Shown piece after piece: positions 1-12,869 of a DNA stretch of 64,000 bases. Made by a program: the position numbers and the translations under genes. The notes beneath the pieces are model-generated. The model was not told the origin of the DNA, did not search any database, and saw only the letters and a list, made by a program, of their open reading frames with translations. The stretch comes from Eledone cirrhosa (Eukaryota): positions 11,780,001-11,844,000 of the forward strand of contig OZ024747.1 in assembly GCA_964016885.1 (NCBI GenBank). Direction: 5' to 3'. The first letter of the stretch is position 1. Every line of letters begins with the position of its first letter.

Positions 1-3000
1 GTTGTTGTTGTAGTTTTTGTTTGTGGTTCTATTGCTCTTGTTGTTGTAGTTTTTGTTTGTGGTTCTATTGCTCTTGTTGTAGTAGTTTCTGTTTGTGGTT
101 CTATTGCTGTTGTAGTAGAAGTTTTTGTGTGTGGTTCTATTGCTGTTGTTGTTGTAGTTTTTGTTTGTGGTGCTCTTACTGTTGTTGTAGTAGTTTTTGT
201 TTGTGGTTCTATTGCTACTGTTGTTGTAGTTTTTGTTTGTGGTTCTATTGCTGCTGTTGTTGTAGTTTTTGTTTGTGCTTCTATTGCTCTTATTGTAGTT
301 TTTGTTTGTGGTTCTATTGATGCTGTTGTAGTAGTTTTTAATTGTGGTTCTATTGCTGTTGTTGTAGTAGTTTTTGTTTGTGTTTCTATTGCTGTTGTTT
401 TAGTAGTTTTTGTTTGTGGTTCTATTGCTGTTGTTGTTGTAACTGTTGTTTGTGGTTCCATTGCTGTTGTTGTAGTTTTTGTTTGTGGTTCTATTGCTGT
501 TGTAGTAGTTTTTGTTTGTGGTTCTATTGCTGTTGTTGTAGTTTTTGTTTGTGGTTCTATTGCTACTGTTGTTGTAGTTTTTGTTTGTGGTTCTATTGCT
601 GCTGTTGTTGTAGTTTTTTTGTGGTTCTATTGCTCTTGTTGTAGTTTTTGTTTGTGGTTCTATTGATGCTGTTGTAGTAGTTTTTATTTGTGGTTCTATT
701 GCTGTTGTTGTAGAAGTTTTTGTTTGTGGTTCTGTTGCTGTTGTAGTAGTTTTTGTTTGTGGTTCCATTGCTGTTGTTGTAGTTTTTGTTTGTGGTTCTA
801 TTGCTGTTGTTAAAGTAGTTTTTGTATGTGGTTCTATTGCTGTTGAAGTAGTTTTGTTTGTGGTTCTATTGCTGTTGTAGTAGTTTTTGTTTGTGGTTCT
901 ATTGCTGTTGTAGTAGTTTTTGTTTGTGTTCTATTGCTGTTGTTGTTGTTGTTGTTGTTGTTGTTTGTGGTTCCATTGCTGTTGTTGTAGTTTTTGTCTG
1001 TGGTTCTATTGCTGTTGTTAAAGTAGTTTTTGTTTGTGGTTCTATTGTTGTTGTAGTAGTTTTTGTTTGTGGTTCTATTGCTGATGTTATTGTTGTTTTT
1101 GTTTATGGTTCTATTGCTGTTGTTCTTGTTGTTTTTGTTTGTGATTCTATTGCTGTTGTTATTGTTGTTTTTGTTTGTGGTTCTATTGCTGTTGTTATTG
1201 TTGTTTTTGTTTGTGCTTCTATTGCTGTTGTTATTGTTGTTTTTGTTTGTGGTTCTATTGCTGTTGTTATTTTTTTTTATTCGTGGTTCTATTGCTGTTG
1301 TTGTTGTAGTTTTTGTTTGTGGTTCTATTGCTGTTGTTGTAGTAGTTTTTGTTTGTGGTTCTATTGCTGTTGTTATTGTTGTTTTTGTTTGTGGTTCTAT
1401 TGCTGTTGTTAATGTTGTTTTTGTTTGTGGTTCTATTGCTGTTGTTATTGTTGTTTTTGTTTGTGGTTCTATTACTGTTGTTATTGTTGTTTTTATTTGT
1501 GGTTCTATTGCTGTTGTTGTAGTTTTTGTTTGTGATTCTATTGCTGTTGTTGTAGTAGTTTTTGTTTGTGGTTCTATTGCTGTTGTAGTAGTTTTTTCTT
1601 GTGGTTCTATTGCTCTTGTTGTAGTTTTTGTTTGTGGTTCTATTGCTGTTGTTGTAGTTTTTGTTTGTGGTTCTATTGCTGTTGTTGTAGTAGTTTTTGT
1701 TTGTGGTTCTATTGCTGTGGTAGGAGTTTTTGTTTGTGGTTCTATTGCTGTTGTTGTTGTAGTTTTTGTTTGTGGTTCTATTGTTGTTGTTGTAGTTTTT
1801 GTTTGTGGTTCTATTGCTCTTGTTGTTGTAGTTTTTGTTTGTGGTTCTATTGCTCTTGTTGTAGTAGTTTTTGTTTGTGGTTCTATTGCTGTTGTAGTAG
1901 AAGTTTTTGTGTGTGGTTCTATTGCTGTTGTTGTTGTAGTTTTTGATTGTGGTGCTCTTACTGTTGTTGTAGTAGTTGTTGTTTGTGGTTCTATTGCTGT
2001 TGAAGTAGTTTTTATTTGTGGTTCTATTGCTGTTGTTGTTGTAGTTATGTTTGTGGTTTTATTGCTGTTGTTGTAGTTTTTGTTTGTGCTTTTATTGCTG
2101 TTTTTGTTGTAGTTTTTGTTTGTGGTTCAATTGCTGTTGTTGTAGTAGTTTTTGTTTGTGGTTCTATTGCTGTGTTGTTGTAGTTTTTGTTTGTGGTTCT
2201 ATTGCTGTTGTAGTAGAAGTTTTTGTTTGTGGTTCTATTGCTGTTGTTGTTGCAGCTTTTGTTTGTTTTTCTATTGCTGTTTTGGTAGTTTTTGTTTGTG
2301 GTTCTATTGCTGTTGTTGTAGTTTTTGTTTGTGGTTCTATTGCTGTTTTTGTTGTAGTTTTTGTTTGTGATTCTATTAGTGTTGTAGTAGTTTTTGTTTG
2401 TGGTTCTATTGCTGTGGTAGTAGAAGTTTTTGTTTGTGGTTCTATTGCTGTTGTTGTTGTAGTTTTTGTTTGTGGTTCTATTGGTGTTGTAGTAGAATTT
2501 TTTGTTTGTGCTTCTATTGCTGTTGTTGTAGTAGTTGTTTGTGGTTCTATTGCTGTTGTTGATGTAGTTTTTGTTTGTGGTTCTATTGCTGTTGTGGTAG
2601 TTTTTGTTTGTGGTTCTATTGCTGTTGCAGTTGATTTTGTTTGTGGTTCTATTGTTTTTGTTGTAGTAGTTTTTGTTTGTGGTACTACTGCTGTTGTTGT
2701 AGTTCTTGTTTGTTGTTCTATTGCTGTTGTTGTTGTAGTTTTTGTTTGTGGTTCTATTGCTGTTGTTGTAGTTTTTGTTTGTGGTCCTATTGCTGTTGTA
2801 GTAGTAGTTTTTGTTTGTGGTTCTATTGCTGTTGTTATAGTTCTTGTTTGTTGTTCTATTGCTGTTGTTGTTGTAGTTTTTGTTTGTGGTTCTATTGCTG
2901 TTGTTGTAGTAGTTTTTGTTTGTGGTTCTATTGCTGTTGTTGTAGTTTTTGTTTGTGGTTCTATTGCTGTTGTAGTAGTAGTTTTTGTTTGTGGTTCTAT

Positions 3001-4544
3001 TGCTGTTGTAGTAGTTTTTGTTTGTGGTTCCATTGCTGTTGTAGTAGTAGTTTTTGTTTGTGGTTCTATTGGTGTTGTTGTAGTAGTTTTGTTTGTGGTT
3101 CTATTGCTGTTGTAGTAGTAGTTTTTGTTTATGGTTCTATTGTTGTTGTAGTAGTAGTTCTTGTTTGTCCTTCTATTGCTGTTGTAGTAGTTTTTGTTTG
3201 TGGTCCTATTGCTGTTGTAGTAGTAGTTTTTGTTTGTGGTTCTATTGCTGTTGTTATTGTTGTTTTTGTTTGTGGTTCTATTGCTGTTGTTGTTGTAGTT
3301 TTTGTTTGTGGTTCTATTGCTGTTGTTGTAGTTTTTGTTTGTGGTTCTATTGCTGTTGTTGTAGTTTTTGTTTGTGGTTCTATTGCGGTTGTTGTTGTAG
3401 TTTTTTTTTGTGGTTCTATTGCTGTTGTTGTAGTAGTTTTTGTTTGTGGTTCTATTGCTGTTGTAGTAGAAGTTTTTGTGTGTGGTTCTATTGCTGTTGT
3501 TGTTGTAGTTTTTGTTTGTGGTCCTATTGCTGTTGTAGTAGTAGTTTTTGTTTGTGGTTCTATTGCTGTTGTTGTAGTTGTTTTTGTTTGTGTTTCTATT
3601 GCTGTTGTTGTTGTAATTTTTGTTTGTGGTTCTATTGCTGTTGTAGTAGTAGTTTATGTTTGTGGTTCTATTGCTGTTGTTGTAGTAGTTTTTGTTTGCG
3701 GTTCTATTGCTGTTGTTGTAGTTCTTGTTTGTTGTTCTATTGCTGTTGTTGTTGTAGTTTTTGATTGTGGTTCTATTGCTGTTGTAGTAGTTTTTGTTTG
3801 TGGTTCTATTGCTGTTGTTGTAGTTTTTGTTTGTGGTTCTATTGCTGTTGTTGTAGTTTTTGTTTGTGGTTTTATTGCTGCTGTTGTAGTAGTTTTTGTT
3901 TGTGGTTCTATTGCTGTTGTTGTTGTAGTTTTTGTTTGTGGGTCTATTGCTGTTGTTGTGGTAGTTTTTGTTTGTGGTTCTATTGCTGTTGTTGTAGTAG
4001 TTCTTGTTTGTTGTTCTATTGCTGTTGTTGTAGTAGTTTTTGTTTGTGGTTCTATTGCTGTTGCTGTAGTAGTTCTTGTTTGTGGTTCTATGGATGTTGT
4101 TGTAGTTTTTGTTTGTGGTTCTATTGCTGTTGTAGTAGTAGTTTTTGTTTGTGGTTCTATTGCTGTTGTTATTGTTGTTTGTGGTTCTATTGCTGTTGTT
4201 GTAGTAGTTTTGTTTGTGGTTCTATTGCTGTTGTTGTAGTAGTTTTTGTTTGTGGTTCTATTGCTGTTGTAGTAGTTTTTGTTTGTGGTTCTATTGCTAC
4301 TGTTGTTGTAGTTTTTGTTTGTGGTTCTATTGCTGCTGTTGTTGTAGTTTTTGATTGTGGTTATATTGCTCTTGTTGTAGTTTTTGTTTGTGGTTCTATT
4401 CATGCTGTTGTAGTAGTTTTTATTTGTTGTTCTTCTTGCTGTTGTTGTAGTAGTTTTTGTTTGTGGTTCTATTGCTGTTGTTGTAGTTTTTGTTTGTGGT
4501 TCTATTGCTGTTGTTGTAGTAGTTTTTGTTTGTGGTTCTATTGC

Positions 4545-4576
<32 letters not shown>

Positions 4577-7500
4577 GTGGTTCCGTTGCTGTTGTTGTTG
4601 TTGTTTTTGTTTATGGTTCTATTGCTGTTGTTATTGTTCTTTTTGTTTGTGGTTCTTTTGCTGTTGTTATTGTTGTTTTTGTTTGTGGTTCTATTGCTGT
4701 TGTTATTGTTGTTTTTGTTTGTGGTTCTATTGCTGTTGTTATTGTTGTTTTTGTTTGTGGTTCTATTGCTGTTGTTATTTTTTTTTTATTCGTGGTTCTA
4801 TTGCTGTTGTTGTTGTAGTTTTTGTTTGTGGTTCTATTGCTGTTGTTGTAATAGTTTTTGTTTGTGGTTCTATTGCTGTTGTTATTGTTGTTTTTGTTTG
4901 TGGTTCTATTGCTGTTGTTATTGTTGTTTTTGTTTGTGGTTCTATTGCTGTTGTTATTGTTGTTTTTGTTTGTGGTTCTATTACTGTTGTTATTGTTGTT
5001 TTTATTTGTGGTTCTATTGCTGTTGTTGTAGTTTTTGTTTGTGATTCTATTGCTGTTGTTGTAGTAGTTTTTGTTTGTGGTTCTATTGCTGTTGTAGTAG
5101 TTTTTTCTTGTGGTTCTATTGCTCTTGTTGTAGTTTTTGTTTGTGGTTCTATTGCTGTTGTTGTAGTTTTTGTTTGTGGTTCTATTGCTGTTGTTGTAGT
5201 AGTTTTTGTTTGTGGTTCTATTGCTGTGGTAGGAGTTTTTGTTTGTGGTTCTATTGCTGTTGTTGTTGTAGTTTTTGTTTGTGGTTCTATTGTTGTTGTT
5301 GTAGTTTTTGTTTGTGGTTCTATTGCTCTTGTTGTTGTAGTTTTTGTTTGTGGTTCTATTGCTCTTGTTGTAGTAGTTTCTGTTTGTGGTTCTATTGCTG
5401 TTGTAGTAGAAGTTTTTGTGTGTGGTTCTATTGCTGTTGTTGTTGTAGTTTTTGTTTGTGGTGCTCTTACTGTTGTTGTAGTAGTTTTTGTTTGTGGTTC
5501 TATTGCTGTTGAAGTAGTTTTTATTCGTGGTTCTATTGCTGTTGTTGTTGTAGTTATGTTTGTGGTTTTATTGCTGTTGTTGTAGTTTTTGTTTGTGCTT
5601 CTATTGCTGTTTTTTTTGTAGTTTTTGTTTGTGGTTCAATTGCTGTTGTTGAAGTAGTTTTTGTTTGTGGTTCTATTGCTGTGTTGTTGTAGTTTTTATT
5701 TGTGGTTCTATTGCTGTTGTAGTAGAAGTTTTTGTTTGTGGTTCTATTGCTGTTGTTGTTGTAGCTTTTGTTTGTTTTTCTATTGCTGTTTTTGTAGTTT
5801 TTGTTTGTGGTTCTATTGCTGTTGTTGTAGTTTTTGTTTGTGGTTCTATTGCTGTTGTTGTTGTAGTTTTTGTTTGTGTTTCTATTGGTGTCGTAGTAGT
5901 TTTTGTTTGTGGTTCTATTGCTCTGGTTGTAGAAGTTTTTGTTTGTGGTTCTATTGCTGTTGTTGTTGTAGTTTTTGTTTGTGGTTCTATTGGTGTTGTA
6001 GTAGAATTTTTTGTTTGTGGTTCTATTGCTGTTGTTGTAGTAGTTGTTTGTGGTTCTATTGCTGTTGTTGTTGTAGTTTTTGTTTGTGGTTCTATTGCTG
6101 TTGTAGTTGATATTGTTTGTGGTTCTATTGTTTTTGTTGTAGTAGTTTTTGTTTGTGGTACTACTGCTGTTGTTGTAGTTCTTGTTTGTTGTTCTATTGC
6201 TGTTGTTGTTGTAGTTTTTGTTTGTGGTTCTATTGCTGTTGTTGTAGTTTTTGTTTGTGGTTCTATTGCTGTTGTAGTAGTAGTTTTTGTTTGTGGTTCT
6301 ATTGCTGTTGTTGTAGTTTGTGTTTGTTGTTCTATTGCTGTTGTTGTTGTAGTTTTTGTTTGTGGTTCTATTGCTGTTTTTGTAGTAGTTTTTGTTTGTG
6401 GTTCTATTGCTGTTGTTGTAGTTTTTGTTTTTGGTTCTATTGCTGTTGTAGTAGTTTTTGTTTGTGGTTCTATTGCTGTTGTAGTAGTTTTTGTTTGTGG
6501 TTCTATTGCTGTTGTAGTAGTAGTTTTTGTTTGTGGTTCTATTGCTGTTGTAGTAGTTTTTGTTTGTGGTTCGATTGCTGTCGTAGTAGTAGTTTTTGTT
6601 TGTGGTTCTATTGTTGTTGTAGTAGTAGTTCTTGTTTGTGCTTCTATTGCTGTTGTAGTAGTTTTTGTTTGTGGTTCTATTGCTGTTGTTGTAGTAGTTT
6701 TTGTTTGTGGTTCTATTGCTGTTGTTGTAGTAGATTTTGTTTGTGGTTCTATTGCTGTTGTTATTGTTGTTTTTGTTTGTGGTTCTATTGCTGTTGTTAT
6801 TGTTGTTTTTATTTGTGGTTCTATTGCTGTTGTAGTAGTAGTTTTTTTTGTGGTTCTATTGCTGTTGTTATTGTCGTTTTTGTTTGTGGTTCTATTGCTG
6901 TTGTTGTAGTTTTTGTTTGTGGTTCTATTGCTGTTGTTGTAGTAGTTTTTTTGTGGTTCTATTGCTGTTGTTATAGTAGTTTTTGTTTGTGGTTCTATTG
7001 CTGTTGTTATTGATGTTTTTGTTCGTGTTTCTATTGCTGTTGTTGTAGTAGTTTTTGTTTGTGGTTCTATTGCTGTTGTTGTTGTAGTTTTTGTTTGTGG
7101 TTCTATAGCTGTTGTTGTAGTAGTTTTTGTTTGTGGTTCTATTGCTGTTGTTATAGTAGTTTTTGTTTGTGGTTCTATTGCTGTTGTTATTGTTGTTTTT
7201 GTTTGTGGTTCTATTGCTGTTGTTGTAGTAGTTTTTGTTTGTGGTTCTATTGCTGTTGTAGTAGTAGTTTTTGTTTGTGGTTCTATTGCTGTTGTTATTG
7301 TTGTTTTTGTTTGTGGTTCTATTGCTGTAGTAGTAAGTAGTAGTTTTTGTTTGTGGTTCTATTGCTGTTGTTGTAGTAGTTTTTGTTTGTTGTTCTATTG
7401 CTGTTGTTGTAGTAGATTTTGTTTGTGGTTCTATTGCTGTTGTTGTAGTTTTTGTTTGTGATTCTATTGCTGTTCTTGTAGTAGTATTTGTTTGTAGTTC

Positions 7501-7790
7501 TATTGCTGTTGTTGTAGTTTTTGTTTGTGGTTCTATTGCTGCTGTTGTAGTAGTTTTTGTATGTAGTTCTATTGCTGTTGTTGTAGTTTTTATTTGTGGT
7601 TCTATTGCTGTTGTTGTAGTAGTTTTTGTATGTAGTTCTACTGCTGTTGTTGTAGTTTTTGTTTGTGGTTCTATTGCTGTTGTTGTAGTAGTTTTAGTTT
7701 GTGGTTCTATTGCTGTTGTTGTACTTTTTGTTTGTGGTTCTATTGCTGTTGTTGTAGTAGTTTTTGTTTGTGGTTCTATTGCCTTTTTTT
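1..7790. repeat. 30-33 bp minisatellite array GTTTTTGTTTGTGGTTCTATTGCT(GTT/GTA)n, runs off window start
   Basis: Unit visible throughout; accounts for all VFVCGSIAVVV / SFCLWFYCCC ORFs. Confidence 0.97.
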
Positions 7791-8147
7791 TTGTAGTTGT
7801 TCTTGCTGTCCTCGCCGTTGTTGTTGTGTTTTATGATTTTATTGCTATTATTGTTGTTGTAATAGTTTTTTCGTCGTTGTTGATGGAGAGGGAGAAGAGA
7901 CAGAGGGATGAGAGAGAGTGAGTGGATGTGAGAGAGTGAGAGGATGAGAGAGAGTGAGAGGATGAGAGGGGGTGAGAGGATGAGTGAGAGTGAGAGGATG
8001 AGAGGGGGTGAGAGGATGAGAGGGGGTGAGAAGAGGAGAGGGGGTGTGAGGACTAGAGGGGGGTGTAGGTGTTGGTAAGAATGCTGAGAGCAATAATTTA
8101 AAACAAAAATAACGGTAGAATTAAAAATTAAATGACTTTTAAGATTA

Positions 8148-8250
8148 GCGCCAGAATGGCTGTGGTTAAGGTGTTTGCTTTACAACCATGTGGTTATGCG
8201 CGGACACCTGGAGCATGTCTTTTACCATAATCTCGGGTAGACCGATCCCT
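8148..8250 (+). mobile_element. Degenerate tRNA-derived (CORE-type) SINE 5' part
   Basis: GCGCCAGAATGGCTGTGGTTAAG...CAACCATGTGGTT...CACCTGGAGCATGTCTTTTACCATAATCTCGGG resembles octopus SINE heads recalled from memory; B box deleted. Confidence 0.5.
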
Positions 8251-8254
8251 TCTC

Positions 8255-8675
8255 TTTTTCTTCTTCGTCCATTTATTTCATATAGGGTCGTAGGGGACAG
8301 AGTCCTCAAACATTATTTCCAGCAGGTCCTGTCACAAGCAACCGTCTCCAACTGATCCAATTGGATCCCCCAAGCTTGACCATCCAAGCCCATGGATGTT
8401 ATCCAAACATCTTGCTCAGGGTCCACCCCTGGGTCTTCTGCCAGTTCGTTTTGTCCCTAAAATCTGTCCAGCGATTCTTTCCTGGGACATTCTAACCACA
8501 TGCCCATAGTATCGGAGCTGTGATCTCTCAGTTCGGAGAAGTAGCGGCTCTACCTGGAGCGACTCTCTCATCTCCGAGTTACACATTTCATCGAGTAATG
8601 TTATTCCAAAGACCATTCCGAGGAACCCCCATTCAATGCCTTGTAAGTGGAAGTTAGTAGACAGAAAAAGGCCGA
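8255..8675 (-). mobile_element. RTE-clade LINE 3' fragment
   Basis: Minus ORF 8416-8721 contains GITLLDEMCNSEMRESLQVEPLLLRTERSQLRYYGHVVRM...GRRPRG, the RTE ORF2 C-terminal LRW(Y)GHV.RM...G.RPRGRP motif. Confidence 0.85.
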
Positions 8676-8921
8676 CATGTGTGTGTGTGTGTGCGCACGC
8701 ATATATATATATATGAATCAAAACATATCATATATTTAGAATATCGTGTTTCCCAATAAGCCAGCTCAATAGACTTTCTCTAGAGCCATATTAACCAAAT
8801 AAAGAGATATGTTTATACAGAGAGAGAAAGATCCCGTTAAGGGTGAAAGCAGCGATTCTTTGCTTAAACTTTAATCTGTACTTATAATAAATATTTGTTC
8901 TACGGGTTTATATATATATAT

Positions 8922-9825
8922 ATTGTTATACTTGGGGAGGGTCATATTTGTGTAATATTGCCAGAATTAATAACAGAACACACTCACTGTTTGGTTGGTT
9001 TTCGCTTTTCGCTTCTGTGTCTTTTATATCGGTTAATTTAATTTATTCGGTCCTCAATGTTGCCATTGACTGACCAACGGTCAAAAATACAGATACAATA
9101 TAGACACAAACACATATGTATAGTTTATCAAAGTTCTTTCGTTGCACATCTGCAATATCGTCAGTGGTGCTATTGTTTCCTCCCGTTACATTGTATTTTC
9201 TACGCCATCTTTATTTAGTCTGTTTATATATTTATTTATTTGTTTATTTTTCTTCTTTGCGCATGCGTTTGCGTGTGTGTATAGCGTTTTGTTTGATGTG
9301 CGTTCATGATTGGGTGATTGTGTATTGATTAATGTATTCTATCTTTACTAGTGTGTGTTTATATGTGTTTGTTGTTATTGTGCTTGTGTATGTATTTATT
9401 TATTTATTTATTTATCTAGCTATTTATTTATTTATTTATCTACTTATTTATTTATTTATTTATTTATACTTCTCTTAGGTCAGTGTTGTTTGGGTGTTGT
9501 TGTTATTCCATTCATTTTTTCTGTTTAGCCTTGGCCTTCTGAGTTCTATTTCACTGGCCTCTCTGATTTTCCTATCTGCTGGATCATTTCTATGTTTAGA
9601 TATTATTCTAATTTCTATGTTGTCTATGTTACCGTCGTGTTGTTGTCTGGCATGTTCGTATAGTACTGAACCGTTTTTTCGCCTTTTAGTTCCCCCAAGC
9701 GAAAACCAACCAAACAGTGAGTGTGCTCTGTTATTAATTCTGACAATACCACACAAATATGACCCTCCCCAAGTAAAACAACATTTGTTTCGACACACGA
9801 TTTCATATTAAAAACCTCGCAAAAC
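8922..9825 (-). mobile_element. Penelope-like element remnant (GIY-YIG C-terminus) flanked by ~86-bp inverted repeats
   Basis: Minus translation SVLYEHARQQH...IEIRIISKH...RKIREASEIELRRPRLNR matches the PLE GIY-YIG tail pattern; 8922-9007 is the reverse complement of 9697-9783. Confidence 0.75.
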
Positions 9826-10187
9826 TATATATATATATATATAATCCTTATCGAGCCCTCTTCGGATTTTAGTCTTCACATTTATTATTACTATATATAT
9901 TATATATGGTACAGCAGTGATTTCGATCCTACTCTGCACATTACAGCCACCTTAACTCTGGAATACAACCCAACACGAGATCTATTGACCCAAGACTAGT
10001 AATAGGATGTTACATAACTGCTATCGATTATATCTCAATATCACCAGGGGCCATTCAAACTTACGAAACGTACGTAAAACAATGAAATAATACAAACGTT
10101 ATTTATATAAGCTTTATTTGCAATTGTATAACTAACACTACTAATGCGGAAGTGGTAAAGAAGGGCAGATCTGGCTGTAGAGGAAAG

Positions 10188-11120
10188 TATGTGTATGTAC
10201 CCCTGTATGTATGTGTATGTACCCCTGTATGTATGTGTATGTAGCCCTGTATGTATGTGTATGTACCCCTGTATGTATGTGTATGTACCCCTGTATGTAT
10301 GTGTGTATGTACCCCTGTATATATGTGTATGTACTCCTGTATGTATGTGTGTATGTACCCCTGTATGTATGTGTATGTACCCCTGTATGTATGTGTATGT
10401 ACCCCTGTATGTATGTGTGTATGTACCCTGTATGGATGTGTATGTAGCCATGTATGGATGTGTATGTAGCCCTATATGTGTATGTAGCCCTGTATGTATA
10501 TGTATGTACCCCTGTATGTATGTGTATGTAGCCCTGTATGTATGTGTATGTAGCCTTGTGTGTGTATGTAGCCCTGTATCTATGTGGATGTAGCCCTGTT
10601 TGTATGTGTATGTAGCCCTGTATGTGTATGTAGCCCTGTATGTATGTGTGTATGTACCCCTGTATGTATGTGTATGTAGCCCTGTATGTGTATGTAGCCC
10701 TGTATGTATGTGTATGTAGCCCTGTATGTATGTGTATGTAGCCTTGTGTGTGTATGTAGCCCTGTATGTATGTGGATGTAGCCCTGTTTGTATGTGTATG
10801 TAGCCCTGTATGTATGTGTATGTAGCCCTATACGTGTATGTAGCCCTGTATGTTGATGTAGCCCTGTTTGTATGTGTATGTACCCCTGTATGTATGTGTA
10901 TGTAGCCCTGTATGTGTATGTAGCCCTGTATGTGTATGTAGCCCTGTATTTATGTGTGTGTACCCCTGTATGTGTATGTAGCCCTGTATGTATATGTAGC
11001 CCTATAAGTATGTGTGTGTACCCCTGTATGTATGTGTATGTAGCCCTGTAAGTATGTGTGTGTACCCCTGTATGTGTATGCAGCCCTGTATGTGTATGTA
11101 GCCCTGTAAGTATGTGTGTA
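10188..11120. repeat. 22-28 bp minisatellite TGTATGTATGTGTATGTA(G/C)CCC
   Basis: Tandem units visible. Confidence 0.95.
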
Positions 11121-11282
11121 ATCTGTTAGAAACTACTGCTGTTTATAAACATTGCTCACAAATATTTTCAATTTCGTTTTAGTCTTAAAAATCTTATTTC
11201 CGGCAGAAATACACAGATTATTTGAGCTAATTAGCAATACAGAGGCTCATTAGTGCAGCTACAGTAATTAGCTTTGACATGC

Positions 11283-12868
11283 ATATTATTGGAGGACAAC
11301 ACACATACACACACACACATTATTGGAGGACAACACCCACACACAAATATTATTGGAGGACAACACACACATACATTATTGGAGTACAACACACACACAC
11401 ACACACACACATTATTGGAGGACAACACACACAAACATTATTGGAGGACAACACACATACACACACACACATTATTGGAGGACAACACACACACACACAC
11501 ATTATTGGAGGACAACACACACATACATTATTGGAGGACAACACACATACACACACACACATTATTGGAGGACAACACACACACACACATTATTGGAGGA
11601 CAACACACACAAACATTATTGGAGGACAACACACACAAACATTATTGGAGGACAACACACATACACACACACACATTATTGGAGGACAACACACACACAC
11701 ATTATTGGAGGACAACACACACATATATATTGGAGGACAACACACATACACACACACACATTATTGGAGGACAACACACACACACACATTATTGGAGGAC
11801 AACACACACATACATTATTGGAGGACAACACACACACACACATTATTGGAGGACAACACACACATACATTATTGGAGGACAACACACACACACACACACA
11901 TTATTGGAGGACAACACACACACACACACATTATTGGAGGACAACACACACACACATTATTGGAGGACGACATACACACATACATTATTGGAGGACAACA
12001 TACACACACACATTATTGGAGGACAACACACACACACACATTATTAGAGGACAACACACACACACATTATTGGGGGACAACACACACACACACACATTAT
12101 TGGAGGACAACACACACACACATTATTGGAGGACAACACACACACACATTATTGGAGGACAACACACACACACATTATTGGAGGACAACATACACACACA
12201 CATTATTAGAGGACAACACACACACACACACACACACATTATTGGAGGACAACACACACACACACACATTATTGGAGGACAACACACATACACATTATTG
12301 GAGGACAACATACACACACACATTATTGGAGGACAACACACACACACATTATTAGAGGACAACACACACACACATTATTGGGGGACAACACACACACACA
12401 CACACACACATTATTTCAGGACAACACACACACATTATTGGAGGACAACACACACACACACACACACACACATTATTGGAGGACAACACACACACACACA
12501 TTATTGGAGGGCAACACACACATACATTATTGGAGGACAACACACATACACACACACACATTATTGGAGGACAACATACACACACACATTATTGGAGGAC
12601 AACATACACACACATTATTGGAGGACAACATACACACACATTATTAGAGGACAACATACACACACATTATTGGAGGACAACATACACACACATTATTGGA
12701 GGACAACACACACACACACATTATTGGAGGACAACATACACACACACATTATTAGAAGACAACATACACACACACATTATTGGAAGACAACATACACACA
12801 CATTATTGGAGGATAATATACACACACACATTATTGGAGGACAACACACACACACACACACATTATTG
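11283..12868. repeat. Minisatellite ATTATTGGAGGACAA(CA)n
   Basis: Constant core plus variable CA tract in every unit. Confidence 0.97.
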
Positions 12869-12869
12869 G

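Noticed and set aside
21-7340. Cys-rich, Val-rich and Thr-rich (mucin-like) long ORFs
   Set aside because: Open in several frames and on both strands with frequent frame switches; minisatellite translation
9062-9092. TGACCAACGGTCA hairpin as a hammerhead stem II
   Set aside because: Neither CTGANGA nor GAAA is intact
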